This document shows, one piece after another, positions 15,033 to 18,184 of a DNA stretch of 18,184 nt. The notes below the pieces were generated by a model. That model had not been told where the DNA came from. It made no database searches and saw only the letters and a program-made list of their open reading frames with translations. Source of the stretch: Candidatus Eiseniibacteriota bacterium (GTDB lineage: Bacteria; Eisenbacteria; RBG-16-71-46); assembly GCA_031364845.1 (NCBI GenBank), contig JANLWX010000218.1, positions 1 to 18,184 of the forward strand, in the 5' to 3' direction. A program made the translations under genes and the position numbers. Position 1 is the first letter of the stretch, and every line of letters starts with the position of its first letter.

Positions 15033-16670
15033 CTACCGCCGGAGCTGGTGGCGGCGCCCCAGCACGGCGAGCGCGCTCAGGGCGATCGCGGCGGCCGCGA
15101 AACCCTTCCCCGCCCCGTGGGCGGCGGTTTCGCTCGAAACACCGATGAAATCCAGCATCGGGACGCGGTTCATGGGGCCCATGTACCACAGTGCGAGGTA
15201 GAGGACCTCAAACAGCTTCCCGCTCCCGCTCCACACGCCAAAGGCGAGCGCCATCGACGGGACGAACACGACTCCGCTCGCCACGGCGGCAATCCCGGTC
15301 GTGTCGCCGGCGAGTCCGAGCCGCAGCATCACGGGCGCAGCAAAGGCCAATGTGATGGCAGCACCGGCGAGCCAGGCCGCGGGCAGCTGCAGCGCGAGCG
15401 GATGCGGCGACGAACGCAGCAACGCGGCGGTCTGATGGCGATGTTCGCGCGCCCCCATTGACGACCACAACAAGAGCGGCCAGATCCACGCGAACGGCAG
15501 GATGAAGCCGCGCGCGACCCCGAGCGGCGTGAATGCGGCCGCCGCAACGAGCCCGATCGCGATGATCCACCAGATCTTCGGCACACCCCACAGCATGAGT
15601 CCGAGTTCGGCCCGCGTGAGCCGCGCGAGGCTCGGCGCGCGCGCCGGCACGGTCAGCCCCGCAATGTTCGTCCGCGGCGTGGTGGCGGCCGGTCGCGCCG
15701 CGGGGTCATCCACGGTCGGCGGCACTTCCGGCTCGCCCTCGACCGATGGGCGCTCCTTGCGCCGTCGCCGCGACGGCCGGCGCGCGGTGTCGAAACGATC
15801 GAAAGGAATCGCCGCCGTGAGCGCGATTCCGGCCGCCACACCGAACCACAGCGTGCGGGTGACCAGCGCCTGCGCGTCCCACTTCATCCCATCCCAGCGA
15901 AACGTGCGCAGGTTCCACCCCCGCTCGCGAATGTTGAAGCCCATCGAGAACTCGCCGCGCTTGCGCTCACGGTCCGGAAACGCGGCACGATGCGCGCGCA
16001 GCACAGGAGGCAGCATCATCCCGTTGCCGAGCAGATCGTTGGCGTTCTCGCCGCGATCGATCGCCTGCGTTGCGGGCATGAAGAGACCGAAGATGATCAG
16101 GAAGAAATAGACAACGTTGCCAAGCCCGCCGTTCAGAAACGGTATCGTCTCGAACAGCACCGCGAGTGCCGCCACCACCGCCAGCACCGGCAGCGTCACG
16201 AACACGAACGGCGCGAACAACTGCACGAGATCGATGTGCCGGTCTTCGGCAAGGACCAACTGCATGCCGCACGACGCGACGGCGACGGTCAGCGCGATGG
16301 TCGCGAGCACCGCGAAATTGCTGGCCGTCTTGCCGAGTGTGTACATCGGTTTCGACAACGGCGTCGTCGCGAGGATCTGCCCGACGCCGGATTGCCGGTC
16401 GCGTTCCACCGCGTTCTTGACCACGTAGAATCCGGCGATCGCGAGGAACACCGACGACATCATCGAGGCAACGAGCCCGACCCACGCCGAGTTGTAGATC
16501 CCGCGCGAGCCCGCGATCTGGAACGTGACGTACTTCGCCTGATTGGGCGGCAGCGAGATGTAGGCGAACCACACCGTCACCATCAGCGTGACGATGAACG
16601 CGTGGCGCCGCACGCGCTCGAGATAATCGGCGCGCATCAGGTGCCACAGCGCGCGCCACGGAGACTTCAT
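15033..16670 (-). CDS. ABC-2 type transporter permease (tandem membrane domains)
   Basis: 545 aa with about 12 hydrophobic segments in two blocks; ERDRQSGVGQILATTPLSKPMYTLGK motif; overlaps the ATPase gene by 4 nt. Confidence 0.8.
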   Translation of the reverse strand: MKSPWRALWHLMRADYLERVRRHAFIVTLMVTVWFAYISLPPNQAKYVTFQIAGSRGIYNSAWVGLVASMMSSVFLAIAGFYVVKNAVERDRQSGVGQILATTPLSKPMYTLGKTASNFAVLATIALTVAVASCGMQLVLAEDRHIDLVQLFAPFVFVTLPVLAVVAALAVLFETIPFLNGGLGNVVYFFLIIFGLFMPATQAIDRGENANDLLGNGMMLPPVLRAHRAAFPDRERKRGEFSMGFNIRERGWNLRTFRWDGMKWDAQALVTRTLWFGVAAGIALTAAIPFDRFDTARRPSRRRRKERPSVEGEPEVPPTVDDPAARPAATTPRTNIAGLTVPARAPSLARLTRAELGLMLWGVPKIWWIIAIGLVAAAAFTPLGVARGFILPFAWIWPLLLWSSMGAREHRHQTAALLRSSPHPLALQLPAAWLAGAAITLAFAAPVMLRLGLAGDTTGIAAVASGVVFVPSMALAFGVWSGSGKLFEVLYLALWYMGPMNRVPMLDFIGVSSETAAHGAGKGFAAAAIALSALAVLGRRHQLRR

Positions 16671-17584
16671 CGGCCGGATACGGGAGTGCCGGAATCGACG
16701 GCGCGCGCATCGACCGCCGCGGAGTCGGCCATCGCAAGCAGGTAAGCGTCCTCGAGCGTCGGCGTGACCGCGCGCGCGCCGGGCGCGGGCGGCGCATCCG
16801 AGACCACGCGCACCTGGACGCCTTCACTGCGTCGCAACGTTCCGCTCACGCGATGATGGCGGCGGAACTCGAGCAGCGCTTCGGCCGGCACCATCCACTC
16901 CCACACGCGACCTTCGGCCGCCGCGAGCAGCGTCTCGGGGGCCGCGGCGTTCAGCAGCCGGCCGCGCGAGATCAGCGCGATGTGGGTGGCGGTCGCTTCG
17001 ACGTCGGACACGATGTGGGTCGAGAGGATGACGATGCGTTCTCCCGACAGATCCGAAAGCAAGTTGCGGAACCGCACGCGTTCTTCGGGATCGAGGCCGC
17101 CAGTCGGCTCATCGACGATCAGCAACCGCGGATCGTTGAGCAGCGCCTGCGCGATGCCGACGCGCTGGCGCATGCCGCCTGAGAATCCGCCGAGCGGCCG
17201 CTTGCGCACTTCGACCAGGTTCACCAGCTCGAGCAGTTCGTCGATGCGGTGTCGCGCGGTCTTCGGCTCGAGTCCGCGCACGGCCGCGAGATATTCGAGG
17301 AACTCGAGCGGGCTGAGATTCGGATACACGCCGAAGTCCTGCGGCAGATATCCGAGGACTTGGCGTAGCGCATCGGGCTCACGCCCGATGTCCTTACCCT
17401 CCCACGTCACGCGGCCCGAAGTCGGGCGCGTGATCGTCGCGAGGATTCGCATGAGCGTGGACTTGCCGGCGCCGTTCGGCCCGAGCAGCCCGAGCACACC
17501 CGGACCCAGCTCGAGACTGAAGTCACGAAGTCCCCACACATCGCGGCCATACTGTTTGGATACTTTGTCGATGATGAGACGCAT
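16667..17584 (-). CDS. ABC transporter ATP-binding protein
   Basis: Walker A GPNGAGKS, signature FSGGMRQR, Walker B LLIVDEP and H-loop STH. Confidence 0.96.
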   Translation of the reverse strand: MRLIIDKVSKQYGRDVWGLRDFSLELGPGVLGLLGPNGAGKSTLMRILATITRPTSGRVTWEGKDIGREPDALRQVLGYLPQDFGVYPNLSPLEFLEYLAAVRGLEPKTARHRIDELLELVNLVEVRKRPLGGFSGGMRQRVGIAQALLNDPRLLIVDEPTGGLDPEERVRFRNLLSDLSGERIVILSTHIVSDVEATATHIALISRGRLLNAAAPETLLAAAEGRVWEWMVPAEALLEFRRHHRVSGTLRRSEGVQVRVVSDAPPAPGARAVTPTLEDAYLLAMADSAAVDARAVDSGTPVSGR

Positions 17585-17597
17585 GACGCAGCATAAC

Positions 17598-18184
17598 CTA
17601 ACCGCCCATCAACTCCCGCAGCCGCTGATATCCGCTGCGGCTCACCGGCACCTCGCGGCCGTCGGTGAGGACCGCAACGCGGCTGTCCTTCGCGTACGGC
17701 TCGAGCCGCGCGATGCGTTCGAGGTTCAGGACGTACGAACGATGCACGCGGACGAACCGGTCGGGATCGAGTGTGGACGCGAGTTCGGCCAATGGCTGTT
17801 GCTTGAGCCAGCTCCTGCCTTCAACGTGAATCGCGACGTAGTCGTCCTGCGCTTCCAGATAGTCGACGCGCGCGATCGGAATGACGACGACCTGCGTTCC
17901 ATCGCGCACGATCACGCGCTCGGCATACCGCCCTGGACCGCGGGCGGTGGATGCGAGCGCCACCGCCGTCGAAGTGCCGGGCTCGGCGGTGACCGCGCCG
18001 GCGCCGGCGCCGGCGCCCGCGCCCGCCGCAGCGCGGGCCGCAAGCCGTTCCCGCACGCGCACCAGCGCCTCGGCCAGCCCTCTCGCAGCCGTCGTGAAGT
18101 CGAGCTCGCGAACCGTCAGCACCTGGCTGCGAACGAGACGCGCTGCGGATGGCCAGTTCAGCAGGCCGAGCACGATGAAGATGA
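17598..18184 (-). CDS. LytTR DNA-binding domain ORF, 5'-partial; N-terminal part is a DppC/OppC permease fragment (chimeric)
   Basis: C-terminal YLEAQDDYVAIH...LDPDRFVRVHRSYVLNLERI...VPVSRSG is LytTR. N-terminal IFIVLGLLNWPSAARLVRSQVLTVRELDFTTAARGL is the EAA-loop region of peptide ABC permeases. The frame is open to the window end. Confidence 0.75.
   Translation of the reverse strand, partial: IFIVLGLLNWPSAARLVRSQVLTVRELDFTTAARGLAEALVRVRERLAARAAAGAGAGAGAGAVTAEPGTSTAVALASTARGPGRYAERVIVRDGTQVVVIPIARVDYLEAQDDYVAIHVEGRSWLKQQPLAELASTLDPDRFVRVHRSYVLNLERIARLEPYAKDSRVAVLTDGREVPVSRSGYQRLRELMGG
17995..18024. repeat. Hexamer tandem repeat GCGCC[G/C] x5 encoding a (Gly-Ala)n linker
   Basis: gcgccg gcgccg gcgccg gcgccc gcgccc, encoding the AGAGAGAGAGA linker before the LytTR domain. 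Confidence 0.8.

Overview
High-GC bacterial window, probably from an uncultured diderm since it encodes an outer-membrane porin. Gene order: partial bioY (-); a secreted methyltransferase-like gene, a DUF985 cupin, an AtuA-family gene and a DinB gene (+); a ~900-bp intergenic region; a DtxR/MntR-family regulator heading a coupled operon of apbE, porin, FMN-binding (flavinylation-motif) protein and His-containing membrane protein; a cupredoxin lipoprotein; a secreted protein behind a sigma54-type promoter; then on the minus strand an HD-GYP/HEAT-repeat pair, an ABC-2 exporter and a LytTR-domain ORF. Most notable: (1) three near-identical 60-nt structured repeats at 5386-5883, each preceded on the minus strand by an ECF-sigma-like motif and followed by a U-rich tract, i.e. 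a candidate array of paralogous small RNAs that I do not recognise; (2) a circularly permuted type-1 copper protein; (3) a metal-regulated extracytosolic flavinylation/porin operon whose DtxR-like regulator ends in a 4-Cys tail; (4) a DppC/OppC-LytTR in-frame chimera at the right edge. All calls are by eye; no searches were run.
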